A DNA stretch of 64,000 nucleotides from Sedimentisphaerales bacterium (GCA_963708075.1 OY970194.1:4864001-4928000), one strand, 5' to 3'; positions 36,221 through 46,099 are shown, counted from the stretch's first letter. Numbers and translations: made by a program. Notes: generated by a model from the letters alone, not told the origin.

Positions 36221-36254
36221 GGAGGATAGTACAGGCACATTGACTTAAAGTCAA
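36196..36254 (-). promoter_or_regulatory. sigma70 promoter with palindromic operator and boxA-like element
   Basis: TTGACT (36254-49), 17 bp, TACTAT (36231-26). Palindrome TTGACT-N3-AGTCAA at 36240-36254. TGTTCTTTGAAAAC at 36209-36196. Confidence 0.7.
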
Positions 36255-36561
36255 ACATAAAATCGAAAAAAAAAGAAAAATTTCTTTCGACCCTTCTTCC
36301 CCGCCGCCCGGTCAGTGGCTTTCCTTCTGCTCGCCAGCAGTATACCCGACGCATATGACCGCCGTCAAGGTTCCCGGCAGCCAACTGCGTGGACTGGATA
36401 GATGTGGTACGGCTGGAATGAGGGGGGTGGCTGGTGGGTTTGGTGAGCTGAGCGAGGGACGAGACAAATGCAGCGAAGACACGATGCGTTCCGGGTTCTG
36501 CAAAAGACAAGCCCTGCGAGCGATGCTTGCAAGCTTCGGGAATATCAGGATGTGTGTGCTA

Positions 36562-36645
36562 TTACAGGGTTGCGCGTTTTCGCAGCCAGGTGGCCGCGCC
36601 AGTACCGATGCCCGCCAGAAGCAGGGCACCCGGAGCAGAGACAAC
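36562..36645 (-). pseudogene. Orphan PEP-CTERM-like sorting-signal remnant
   Basis: VVSAPGALLLAGIGTGAATWLRKRATL* resembles the tail of the 42504 protein, but has no credible N-terminal body. Confidence 0.55.
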
Positions 36646-36649
36646 CGCA

Positions 36650-36741
36650 ACGCCATCATCGCCAGGGACATCCTCAAAGGCAACGTCCCTGGTACTCGTA
36701 GCTCCTGGCAAAAACTCGAAGCACGAACATCGAAATCCGAA
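36650..36741 (+). repeat. Right boundary repeat
   Basis: Degenerate copy of 34612-34707. Confidence 0.9.
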
Positions 36742-36835
36742 ACAAATGCGAAATGACGGAAACGCTATCGCAGCACGATGCCTGCGTTTCAGATTTCGCT
36801 GCAGTGAGACCGATTGTGGATTTCGAGCTACCCTG

Positions 36836-39800
36836 CTATGGCGATTCGATCCGTTTGAGTTCGCCAAGATACAACAACTGGCCTGTTCGGGGATCAACCT
36901 CTCCGATGGCAATGATGTCCGTATGGAAGCCGCGAATCCTCATGTTCGTGATCGCGTGGCCCCCAGTATCGAATGCCGCAGGCAGCACGATGCCCAAATC
37001 GGCGTCTTTGCCGGAGAAATTCAGAGGAACATAAGGATAGCGCGTGTCGATGTTCCAGCAAATTGCCGCATCGGCATAATGCCCGTGAAGAATGTTCACG
37101 TCCTGAACCTCGTACAACAGAACTTTGAAGTCTATCCGTATCGGCGGCTGCATCCCGTCCATCCTGACCAAGTAGTATGGGCTCACATCAACTCGCATCC
37201 CATCGGTGAGCGGCCCGAAAGACCACTTGCCGGGGTAGATGGCCAAGTCCGGGTCCAAGGAAAGACGATAGTCACCGATAGCGACTAGGCCGGTAGTGAC
37301 ACCATCGTTGTACGCCATTTCATTCCAAAACCGTCCATTGGAGAAGGACGTATTTGTCATCTCCGTGACCATCAAGCTGGTGCCATCATCATAGTTCACT
37401 GTCATCGCCCCGGCGACCTCGCTGATCCATTGGCCCTCCGGCCCATGGGTCCACTGAAACGTCCTCTTTCCATAGTCCGCCAGAACCACATAGTCGGGAT
37501 AGAACACGGTCTTGACCGGCGGCTTTGAATCCTCGCACTCGATCTGCTCCCATCGCAATCGCGGATAGTCCCGGCCCTCGCAGATCGTCCAAATATCCTC
37601 CGTCCCGTTGGCGGTCTCATCCACGAAGTCCCAGCCGGCGTCGAGGAAGGTCCTGGCGGTTTGCACCTCGGCAGTCGTCTTGCCGTAGCTATCATCACAG
37701 CCTATGGCCTCAGGATCCGGCTCTCCGAACATCTCTGCCAGGCCGCTGACCTGGCGATCCCAGAAGTAAGATTCGAACACACTCCCGGGAGCTCCGACGA
37801 ACCCGCCCACTCTGCCTCCGCCCGAGACACGACCGGCAAAATAACAGCGGGAGACCGCGCCGGTGAAAAGCGTGGGGGCATCCGGGTTGTAGGCGTACTG
37901 GAGCACCCTGTAGTCGATTCCTATAAGTCCGCCCACGTAGTCGCCGCCGGTGATCGTGCTGGTCGAGTAGCTGTTCGTCATGTTGCCCGCCCAGTTCGCA
38001 CCGACCAGGCCGCCGACATTGTTCGCATCCCCCGAGATGCTGCTGCGCGAACAGCAGTTGCTGATGGTGGCGCCGATCCAGTGCCTCCCTACCAGGCCAC
38101 CGACGTTGTTTGCGTCGCCCGTGACTTTGCCGGCGGAACTGCACTCCGTGATCGCCCCTTCGTTGGCTCCCGCCAGGCCGCCGACATCTTCGCTGCCATT
38201 GACCGCTCCGTCACTATGGGACCGCGTCATCGCATCCGAATTCACTCCCACCATGCCGCCGACATACGTCTCCCCACTCACGGAGCCGGCATTATAGCAG
38301 TTGTCGATCACATCGGAGTTGCTCCCAATCAGCCCACCGACTTGAGACAGACCGTTGACCAGACCCGCATTGTAGCAGTCAACCACGGCACCGGGACTGG
38401 AAGGCCGATCCCACTCGTCGCGACTGTTTCCTGCCAGCCCACCCACCGACTGTCCGCCATCGACCGTGCCGTTGTTGCCGCAGTGCGTCACATGTCCGCA
38501 GAAGTTGTCCCCGATCAGCCCGCCAACATTCTCGGCGCCGTAAACCGTGGCAGCGTTACGGCAAGAGTCCAGCGAGCCGCCGTTGGAGCCAACCAAGCCG
38601 CCGACAGACCTCTGACCGCTGACCAGGTTGGCGCTGTCGCAGCGGGTCACACGAGCTGCGTTATACCCCAGCAGCCCTCCGACCTGCTCCGTCCCGGTCA
38701 CGACGCTCGTGCTCCGGCAATCCGCCACGTCGCCCGAACCGTGATGGCCGATCAGCCCCCCGACAGACCACGCGCCCTTGATCGTGCCGGTGCTGTAGCA
38801 CCGGGCCGCCTCCCCATCCGTGAACCCTGCCAATCCGCCGACATGTTCCTCTGTGCCGGTGATGTTCGCGTCCACGATGCGCAAGTCCCTGACCTTGGCG
38901 CCGAGCACCACCTGGCCGAACAGCCCCAGATGTCCTCCGCCGGTGACGGTCAGATGGGAGATCGTCAGACCCGCGCCATCGAATGTGCCGGCAAAAGAAG
39001 GGATCACCGGTACCGCCCAGCGGGTTCCCGAGAGATCAATGGGAGCATCCAGCCGATAGTGCGCGCAGGGGCCGTAGTGGACCACAGCCCCCAATTCACC
39101 GGCGTCGGATACGAGATAAGGATCTTCCGCCGTGCCCCGGCCCGACAATTGGGGCGGAGTGTATCCGCCGAACATCGACAGGACTGGATGGCCGCCTCCC
39201 TCCGGCATCTGCCAGACCTCGGACGTTCCGTTGGTGGTTTCACCGACCCAGTCCCACCCTGCGGCGAGATAGGTCTGCTTGTCATGCATTGGGTTCGCAG
39301 CCGCGGCTGCAGTCCCCAGGAACCTGCGTCTGGCTGGCCCGCCAACGTTCGATGACTCCCCGAAACAGCCAATCACAGTCCCCCAGCCGGAGGTTACCGA
39401 TCCCCCGGCAGGCTTGCCGGCGATGGTGACCGGGCCACTACTGTAGCAATGAGTCATAACCCCCCAGTTCTCCCCCAGCAGTGCCCCCGCACTGCTCTTG
39501 CCATCCACGGCGGCGGTACTGTAGCACTGGGTCACAGTGCCCCAGGAACCGTTGTTTCCCACCAGCCCGCCGACACTCTCGTTACCCTTGAGCGAGCCGG
39601 TCGTATAACAATGGATGATGGCGCCGCCATTGCCCGCCGTCAGCGCACCGACACGCCAATCCGTACCAGCGACGTTGACGTCTGTCACTGCCAAGTCCCT
39701 GACCTCAGCCCCATGAGCCACCCGGCCGAACAGTCCCAGGTATCCGTCACCTGCGATGGTCAGGTGCGAGATCGCCCGGCCATCGCCATCGAACACGCCG

Positions 39801-41026
39801 GCAAACGAAGGGATCACCGCCGTGCCCCAGCGGATGCCGGACAGGTCGATCGATGCCGCCAGCCGGTAATGGGCGTACGATCTGTAGTTATGCATCGCCC
39901 CTAACTCCGATGCGTTGCTGATCAAGTAGGGTTTGTCAGGTGAGCCTTCGCCCTGCAGCCGGGGTGGGGTGTAGCCCTGGAAGAACGCCAGCACCGGATA
40001 GCCCCCTGCCGCCGGCATCTGCCAGACTTCGCACGTCCCATCCTCCGCTCGACCGGCCCAATCCCAGCCGGCATCCAGATACGTCTGCATGTTCTGCATC
40101 TGGGCCGTGGTCAGGCCCCTGCCGGCGCTCTGTGCGCTCGGGGCTTGTCCTGAAGTCTCGACATCCCAGAAGCTCCCGTTCACGCCGGCATCAGCGCGGC
40201 TGAATCCCGCCAGCCCGCCGGCGTAACTTGTGCCACCCCGGACCACGCTGATGCTGTAGCAGTGAGTCACAGCCCCCAGGTTGTTACCTACCAGCCCGCC
40301 AGCGTACGATCCACGGCCGTGAACTGCGCCGCTGCTGTAGCAGAAGGCTACCATACCTTCGTCATTCCCCCCTACCAGCCCGCCGGTGCTCGCTCCAATG
40401 CCATCGCCATCGACGGTAGCGCCACTATAACAGCCGGTCACCTGGCCCAAATTGTACCCCACAAGCCCGCCAACAGAGTTGCCTTTGCCACTGACGACGC
40501 CGGTGCTGTAGCAGTGGATGATCGAGCCGCCGTTCGATCCGGCCAGTGCACCCACGGACCACGCGTCACCGACCTTCACTACGGCATGGATCAGGCCCAG
40601 ATTGCGAATCTCGCCCCGTGGCCCGCCGACATATCCGAAGAGCCCTGCATAGGGATACTGGTCGATGGCGGTGAGAGTGAAGTTGGCAATCGTATGTCCA
40701 TTCCCGTCGAAGACGCCTGTGAAAAGGTCCTGCGGAGGACCGGCTCTGTCCGAGTTGGTCTCCAGGGCAATGATCTGAAACGCCGGCCGGCCCTCGCTGC
40801 CGTCGTAGGCGGAGAGATCGACGTCGGCCATGAGCTTGAAGTGCTTGTCCCAGTCGTTGGGCTCGGCGCCGATGGCATTCATCTGCTCAGCCGTCCAGAT
40901 TTGATAGGGCTCGTCCGCCGTGCCGCTGCCCCCGCCATACTTCCCTTGGGCTGAAACGGTCATGCAACAGAGCACGATCAGTGCAAGGATTGTTCGCGGG
41001 CTTCGTCGTTCTCTTATGGAGAGCAT
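36836..41026 (-). CDS. Large secreted GLUG-motif protein
   Basis: Signal peptide, YGGGSGT..EPYQI, three repeated modules with FxGxFDGxG, many VGGLVG (GLUG) motifs and AGWDF/W. ATG 41026 with SD. Confidence 0.88.
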   Translation of the reverse strand: MLSIRERRSPRTILALIVLCCMTVSAQGKYGGGSGTADEPYQIWTAEQMNAIGAEPNDWDKHFKLMADVDLSAYDGSEGRPAFQIIALETNSDRAGPPQDLFTGVFDGNGHTIANFTLTAIDQYPYAGLFGYVGGPRGEIRNLGLIHAVVKVGDAWSVGALAGSNGGSIIHCYSTGVVSGKGNSVGGLVGYNLGQVTGCYSGATVDGDGIGASTGGLVGGNDEGMVAFCYSSGAVHGRGSYAGGLVGNNLGAVTHCYSISVVRGGTSYAGGLAGFSRADAGVNGSFWDVETSGQAPSAQSAGRGLTTAQMQNMQTYLDAGWDWAGRAEDGTCEVWQMPAAGGYPVLAFFQGYTPPRLQGEGSPDKPYLISNASELGAMHNYRSYAHYRLAASIDLSGIRWGTAVIPSFAGVFDGDGRAISHLTIAGDGYLGLFGRVAHGAEVRDLAVTDVNVAGTDWRVGALTAGNGGAIIHCYTTGSLKGNESVGGLVGNNGSWGTVTQCYSTAAVDGKSSAGALLGENWGVMTHCYSSGPVTIAGKPAGGSVTSGWGTVIGCFGESSNVGGPARRRFLGTAAAAANPMHDKQTYLAAGWDWVGETTNGTSEVWQMPEGGGHPVLSMFGGYTPPQLSGRGTAEDPYLVSDAGELGAVVHYGPCAHYRLDAPIDLSGTRWAVPVIPSFAGTFDGAGLTISHLTVTGGGHLGLFGQVVLGAKVRDLRIVDANITGTEEHVGGLAGFTDGEAARCYSTGTIKGAWSVGGLIGHHGSGDVADCRSTSVVTGTEQVGGLLGYNAARVTRCDSANLVSGQRSVGGLVGSNGGSLDSCRNAATVYGAENVGGLIGDNFCGHVTHCGNNGTVDGGQSVGGLAGNSRDEWDRPSSPGAVVDCYNAGLVNGLSQVGGLIGSNSDVIDNCYNAGSVSGETYVGGMVGVNSDAMTRSHSDGAVNGSEDVGGLAGANEGAITECSSAGKVTGDANNVGGLVGRHWIGATISNCCSRSSISGDANNVGGLVGANWAGNMTNSYSTSTITGGDYVGGLIGIDYRVLQYAYNPDAPTLFTGAVSRCYFAGRVSGGGRVGGFVGAPGSVFESYFWDRQVSGLAEMFGEPDPEAIGCDDSYGKTTAEVQTARTFLDAGWDFVDETANGTEDIWTICEGRDYPRLRWEQIECEDSKPPVKTVFYPDYVVLADYGKRTFQWTHGPEGQWISEVAGAMTVNYDDGTSLMVTEMTNTSFSNGRFWNEMAYNDGVTTGLVAIGDYRLSLDPDLAIYPGKWSFGPLTDGMRVDVSPYYLVRMDGMQPPIRIDFKVLLYEVQDVNILHGHYADAAICWNIDTRYPYVPLNFSGKDADLGIVLPAAFDTGGHAITNMRIRGFHTDIIAIGEVDPRTGQLLYLGELKRIESP

Positions 41027-41306
41027 GTCTCTTCCTCCGCTCCGATTCCGGGCCATGCATTCACGGCCCATCTTCTCCTGTTTTCACGCACGCACCGCCT
41101 CCATCCGGCAGAATGTTACCTCCTGGTCTCCAAGCCTACAGTATATCAGACACAGACCATGGCAGTCAATTTAAGACTCCCGCAGGTACAGCCACACAGT
41201 CTCGCCGGCATGGGTTGGCGTTTGTCAATTGCGAGTCCGTCCGCTATACTGGGTGGAACCGACCGGTGTGGCAGCAGAGAATACCGGATATTGAGAAGGG
41301 GGAACT

Positions 41307-41921
41307 ATGAGCGCACGGAGGATTTTGGCGGCGGCGCTTGTGGCCGTGGCGCTGTGCCCTTCGGCGTATGCCCAGAAGGTCGAGTTCACGCCTTTCTACG
41401 GCTATGCGTTCAGCGGAGAACTGACGGACGCCAATACCGGCCAGGAGTTCGAGATCGACGAGTCCGCCTGCTACGGCGGGATGCTCGACTTGCCTCTGAG
41501 TGACACAGAGCTATTGGGGTTCTTCTACAGCCGGCAGGAGACTGAGTTGAAATCAGACGACAGCCTGTTCGGCAAGCGGACCCTCTTCGATCTCGATGTG
41601 GACTACTACCACCTCGGCGGCACCCTCATCATTCCGAATCCGCCCTGGGAGCCGTTCGTGACCGGCACGCTCGGCGTCACTCATCTCAGTCCCGATGCCT
41701 CGGGCACGGACTCGGTCACGCGGTTCTCGCTCGGTCTCGGCGGCGGCGTGCGATACTTCCCCACCGAGCATCTGGGTCTGTACCTGGGTGTCCGGGGCTT
41801 CCTGACGTTCATGGAGGGCGATACGCTCTTTCGAAGCGAGTCCGGGGCCGCCACGGTCGTGGTTGATGCCGACGGCCTCTGGCAAGTCCAACTCCAGGCC
41901 GGCCTGGTCTTCGCCTTCTAA
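41307..41921 (+). CDS. Outer-membrane beta-barrel protein
   Basis: Signal peptide, amphipathic strands and C-terminal AGLVFAF. Promoter TTGTCA-17-TATACT at 41222-41250. Confidence 0.85.
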   Translation: MSARRILAAALVAVALCPSAYAQKVEFTPFYGYAFSGELTDANTGQEFEIDESACYGGMLDLPLSDTELLGFFYSRQETELKSDDSLFGKRTLFDLDVDYYHLGGTLIIPNPPWEPFVTGTLGVTHLSPDASGTDSVTRFSLGLGGGVRYFPTEHLGLYLGVRGFLTFMEGDTLFRSESGAATVVVDADGLWQVQLQAGLVFAF

Positions 41922-42008
41922 CCGAGCCAGGGGGCAGTCACACGTGATACACTCTCTGTGTCGAGCGTGGAGACTTGGCAAAGGACTACTTGGTTGGAGG
42001 ACAAGAAG

Positions 42009-42374
42009 ATGAGATCTTATCATGCCTTGATCACCATCGTGGTGTTGCTTCTTACCCCATTTGCGAGCGCCGACATTACTGGCTGGAACTGCGATGATGA
42101 CGGTGATGGCGCTATCGTGATGAATACGCCTACATGGACCGCAGTTCCTGGTGAGGAGGGCCAGTACCAGTACTTCCTGACTATGAGCGGAACTCAGTAC
42201 TCGTATCCGGCCCATGTGGAAGGAGATTTCGCCACGGGCGATCAGGACTTGAAAGTCCTGCCGGCCCACCCGGGACTGGGGACGAGACAGTACAGGGGTA
42301 AGATCGACGGGGGTTGGGGGATGAGGAATTGGGAGAGCCGCGAACGCCATCGACTGTCCTCAGGCGGCTCATAG
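42009..42374 (+). pseudogene. Probably truncated secreted protein
   Basis: SD and signal peptide MRSYHALITIVVLLLTPFASA; plausible sequence to ...GDQD, then the composition changes abruptly. Confidence 0.45.
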
Positions 42375-42436
42375 TCCACTTTGTTCCGTATGATTAGCTG
42401 GGCCGTTCGGCCACAAATGGGTCACATGCCAATAAG

Positions 42437-42462
42437 AAGGGCCGAGTTTCTGACTCGGCCCT
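42437..42462. terminator. Hairpin between convergent genes
   Basis: aagggccgagt-ttctg-actcggccctt. Confidence 0.6.
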
Positions 42463-42503
42463 TGTGCATGCATGGTTTCATCGGCGGTTTTCGCCGGGAC
42501 GGA

Positions 42504-43109
42504 TTACGACTGCTTGCGTCTCAGCCGCAAGCCCGTGCAACCCAGGCCGATGGCAGCGAGAAGAGCCGCACCGGGAACGGGGACCACGTGCGCTGTGCCC
42601 TCGAAACTCACCTCGTGGAAGATGGCATACTGCCGGGCGATGATTTCAGAGTGATTGGTGGTTATCTCAAGGTCTACCGTCTGCACGTTCGAGGCTGCGA
42701 ACGCGAAAGTCTGCAGGCTTTCGACGTCCGTGGCGCTGCCGGTGAATGAGCCGACGACTGCGGCGAGCGGATCATAGAACGTCAGCGTGAAGTCTTTGAT
42801 GCCCTCGCCATCGTTGCCGATGCCGCCGCCATTGTTCCACAGATTGAAGCCCGTCAGGTCGTATGCAGCGCCCAGATCGAACGTCACGTTGTACGGCCCC
42901 GCCCATGTGCCTCCCCCGTCATATCCGAGGGCCAGCCACGGAACGGCGGCAGTCGATCCGTCGATCACGCTGGCGGCAGACGACCCGTATGCGATTGGAT
43001 CCGCGGTCGTGGCAGTGATGGGTGTCAGGGACGCCATCGCCGCACCCTGAGTCAAACCGATGACCAGCAGAACGCCTGCTGCCAACATGGTGATACCATT
43101 AGCTCTCAT
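42504..43109 (-). CDS. PEP-CTERM-like (VPVPG) surface protein with discoidin/F5-8-like domain
   Basis: Signal peptide, TFDLG...LWN, and C-terminal VPVPGAALLAAIGLGCTGLRLRRKQS. Confidence 0.8.
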   Translation of the reverse strand: MRANGITMLAAGVLLVIGLTQGAAMASLTPITATTADPIAYGSSAASVIDGSTAAVPWLALGYDGGGTWAGPYNVTFDLGAAYDLTGFNLWNNGGGIGNDGEGIKDFTLTFYDPLAAVVGSFTGSATDVESLQTFAFAASNVQTVDLEITTNHSEIIARQYAIFHEVSFEGTAHVVPVPGAALLAAIGLGCTGLRLRRKQS

Positions 43110-43565
43110 AGCCTCCTCCTTCACCTCTAAGAACGCCACACAGGGCGCGATCCACCATCGCTCCTGCAAGCAATCAGGTCATTATACGACGGTTGTCCCG
43201 AAACCGTCAATGGCAAACTGGGCAAGATAGATAGAATTGGCAAAATTCTTGAATGAGACGGCGGGCAGTATCCACGCCCTTCTTATCGGGGGCTTGAATT
43301 GTCCCTGAGAATGGGGCGAAACTGCGTCTTTCAGCCAAGGAATGCGGGTAGTGCCTCAGCCATAGTCGGCCTGTGTTGCCCTTACTGACTGTCGGATTGC
43401 CATCCTGATTCCGTCCGGCCGGGATGGCCAGGCGTGGATCGGGGCCGCGAGGTCGGGATCAATTTCGCCTCTGGAAGACAAGCAGGGGACAAGCTGAGAG
43501 CAGCAGGGGGTAGTATGCATCGGCCGTGTGTTCGTAAGTGCTTGATTTTGCAGGGCTTGCGGACT

Positions 43566-43617
43566 TGGCCCAGTGGGATTTGAACCTGTGACCAAGGGAT
43601 TATGAGTCCCCTGCTCT
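43566..43617 (-). pseudogene. Degenerate 3' part of a tRNA with CAT anticodon (Ile2/Met-like), probable att remnant
   Basis: agagcaggggactcataatcccttggtcacaggttcaaatcccactgggcca. The anticodon arm is intact, the T-stem is mismatched and the 5' acceptor strand is absent. Confidence 0.7.
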
Positions 43618-43720
43618 CCCACCGATAGACTTCCGGTTTAGGAAACCGATGCTCTCAATGCCGGGGACGAACCCCACCTGTTTGGGCCGACCGCCACCGG
43701 TTGCGCAGAGCCGCGAATGG

Positions 43721-44542
43721 TCACTGCTTCTTTTGTCCGCCGAGGAGGTCTTGGAGGCCTTCGGTGACGGACTTGCCGAGGTCGCCGGTGCGGTTGGGGT
43801 CACCGGTTTGGGGCGAGCCGAAGATCATCCGGCTGATGTCGATGGCTTTGTCGAGGATGCCCGTGATCTCGCCGACGGTTTCCTTGGGCAGGATGCCGCC
43901 GCCCTGTTCGGCAATGCCGGCGGCGACGGCCAGGATGATCTTGCTGATCAGCACGGCGGTGTCCATCCTCTCGTCGCGGCCGAGGTCGGTCATCATGATG
44001 TTGCCCAGGGTGAACTGGGCGGTCTGCGGCTTGCCGGGGACGCCGGACAGGCTCGCGTGCACCGTGATGTTCGAGATCTCCAGGGTGTCGATCAGCAGCC
44101 GCTTGCCGGTGGGTGCCCGCGGCTCGCGCAGAGGCTTGATGACTTCGTACAGGTTGTTCTGAAGCCCTTGCTGCTCGACGAACACCTCCATGTTCGCCAA
44201 TTGCATGTCCGTGATGTGCACCTCATTGGTCAGGAGCGAGCCGGCGTCGGCCGTGACGTTCACTCGTTCGAGCGTCAGCAGCGCGGGGCCCTGAAAGCCC
44301 GCGGGGTTTGCCACGGTGATCTTCTGCAGGCCCACGGCCCCTCGCAGAATCGCGACGTCCGCCTTGCCGACCCCCACAGGGACGTTGAGCGTTTTCGTGC
44401 CGGCCTCTTCCACCGCCGTCTGCACGATCTTGTCGGCAAACAGCGCCACCGCCACGACGCCCACGATCGCCAGCACTACCAGAACAACGATGATGAACAG
44501 AACCGCCTTCAGCAGCTTCCGCAGCTTTCGTGTCTTCCTCAT
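43721..44542 (-). CDS. AsmA-like membrane-anchored protein
   Basis: N-terminal TM anchor and the motif L..I.VANP.GF. Confidence 0.7.
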   Translation of the reverse strand: MRKTRKLRKLLKAVLFIIVVLVVLAIVGVVAVALFADKIVQTAVEEAGTKTLNVPVGVGKADVAILRGAVGLQKITVANPAGFQGPALLTLERVNVTADAGSLLTNEVHITDMQLANMEVFVEQQGLQNNLYEVIKPLREPRAPTGKRLLIDTLEISNITVHASLSGVPGKPQTAQFTLGNIMMTDLGRDERMDTAVLISKIILAVAAGIAEQGGGILPKETVGEITGILDKAIDISRMIFGSPQTGDPNRTGDLGKSVTEGLQDLLGGQKKQ

Positions 44543-44821
44543 TCTCAATCCCCTCTCACATACATCCCAGAGACAGTCACTGTGATGTCATTCCCGCGAA
44601 GGCAGGAATCCGGAGCCCTGCGACGCATTTGTGACCCCCGCTCACGATCAGGTCGATGGCAGGCCTTGCGCGGGGCTGACATATCCAAGCCCGGCTTGCA
44701 TCCTTCCGGCTGGGTGCCATGTCTACGCTCGCGTAGACATGTCTGGTTCGACGGGCAAGGCATGCTTACGCAAGCGTAAGCATGGCACCCAGTGGTTGCC
44801 GCATTGGCTCGTCACGGCTCA

Positions 44822-46099
44822 TTACACCGTGCCGCCTTCTTCGCGGGTGATCTTGGCACCGGCGCGGTTGAGCCGCTCTTCGATGCGCTCGTACCCCCTG
44901 TCGATATGGTACACGCGGTTGATCGTGGTGATCCCCTCGGCAGCCAGTCCGGCCAGAACCAGGGCGGCCGAGGCACGCAGGTCCGACGCCATCACGGGAG
45001 CCGCGATCAGCTTCTTGACCCCGGTGACAATGACGGCCGGCCCTTCCTTGCGCAGGTTTGCCGCCATACGATTCAGTTCGGCAACGTGTAAAAACCGGTC
45101 AGGAAACACCTTTTCTACCACGACGCTGTTGCCGTCGGCCAGGGCCAGGACGGCCATGAACTGCGCCTGGAGGTCGGTGGGGAAGCCCGGGTACGGCTGC
45201 GTCGTGATGTCGGAGGGCTCGATTCGCTCCCGGCCGACGACGGTGCAGCCATCGCCGTTCGATTCCACGGTGATTCCCATGCTCTGCAGCTTGTCCACGA
45301 CCGCCATCATGTCCTCGAGCCGGCAGTTGCCGATGTGGAGTTCGCCGCCGGTGATCGCGGCCGCTGCCATAAAAGTACCCGCCTCGATCCTGTCCGGGAT
45401 GATTCGGTATTGGACGGGACGCAGGTACTTGACTCCCTCGATGACCAGCCGGGGCGACCCGATCCCGCTGATTCGGGCGCCCATGGTGTTCAGGCAGTTG
45501 GCCAGATCGACGATCTCCGGCTCGCAGGCGGCGGACTCGATCACAGTCTTGCCCTTGGCCAGCGTGGCGGCCATCATGACGTTGGCGGTGCCGAGGACCG
45601 TCGAGCCGAACGCGCCGCCGAGGAAGATGTTCGCCCCGGTCAGGCCGTTCGGCGCCTCGGCGATGACGTACCCGTTCTTGAGGTGAATCTCGGCGCCGAG
45701 CTGTCGTAGGCCGGTAAGGTGGAGGTTGATCGGCCGGTCGCCGATCGCGCAGCCGCCGGGCATCGAAACCTCCGCCCGGTTGCACCTCGCCAGAAGCGGG
45801 CCAAGGATGCAGATACTGGCCCTCATCTTTCTCACAATATCATAGTGTCCGACGGGATTGGTGATGGTCGTAGCGTCGATCGCAAACGAGCCATCCGCCT
45901 GCCTGTCCGCCTTGCAGCCCAGCGAGTCAAGCAACTCCTTGAGGACGGCAATATCGGCAAGCTGGGGCACGCCGGTAAGCAGTGAGCGGCCGGGGGCGAG
46001 GATCGAGGCCGCCATGATCGGGAGTGCTGCGTTCTTCGAACCGCTGACTTCGATGCGACCGGAAAGCCGAACCGGTCCTTCAATTTGGAACACGTCCAT
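44822..46099 (-). CDS. murA: UDP-N-acetylglucosamine 1-carboxyvinyltransferase
   Basis: GSKNAALP, MRAS, PGGCAIG.RP, PGFPTDLQ, DLRASA and HIDRGYE. Confidence 0.97.
   Translation of the reverse strand: MDVFQIEGPVRLSGRIEVSGSKNAALPIMAASILAPGRSLLTGVPQLADIAVLKELLDSLGCKADRQADGSFAIDATTITNPVGHYDIVRKMRASICILGPLLARCNRAEVSMPGGCAIGDRPINLHLTGLRQLGAEIHLKNGYVIAEAPNGLTGANIFLGGAFGSTVLGTANVMMAATLAKGKTVIESAACEPEIVDLANCLNTMGARISGIGSPRLVIEGVKYLRPVQYRIIPDRIEAGTFMAAAAITGGELHIGNCRLEDMMAVVDKLQSMGITVESNGDGCTVVGRERIEPSDITTQPYPGFPTDLQAQFMAVLALADGNSVVVEKVFPDRFLHVAELNRMAANLRKEGPAVIVTGVKKLIAAPVMASDLRASAALVLAGLAAEGITTINRVYHIDRGYERIEERLNRAGAKITREEGGTV

Noticed and set aside
43566..43640. Functional tRNA-Met/Ile
   Set aside because: No 5' acceptor strand or proper D-stem, and the T-stem is mismatched.
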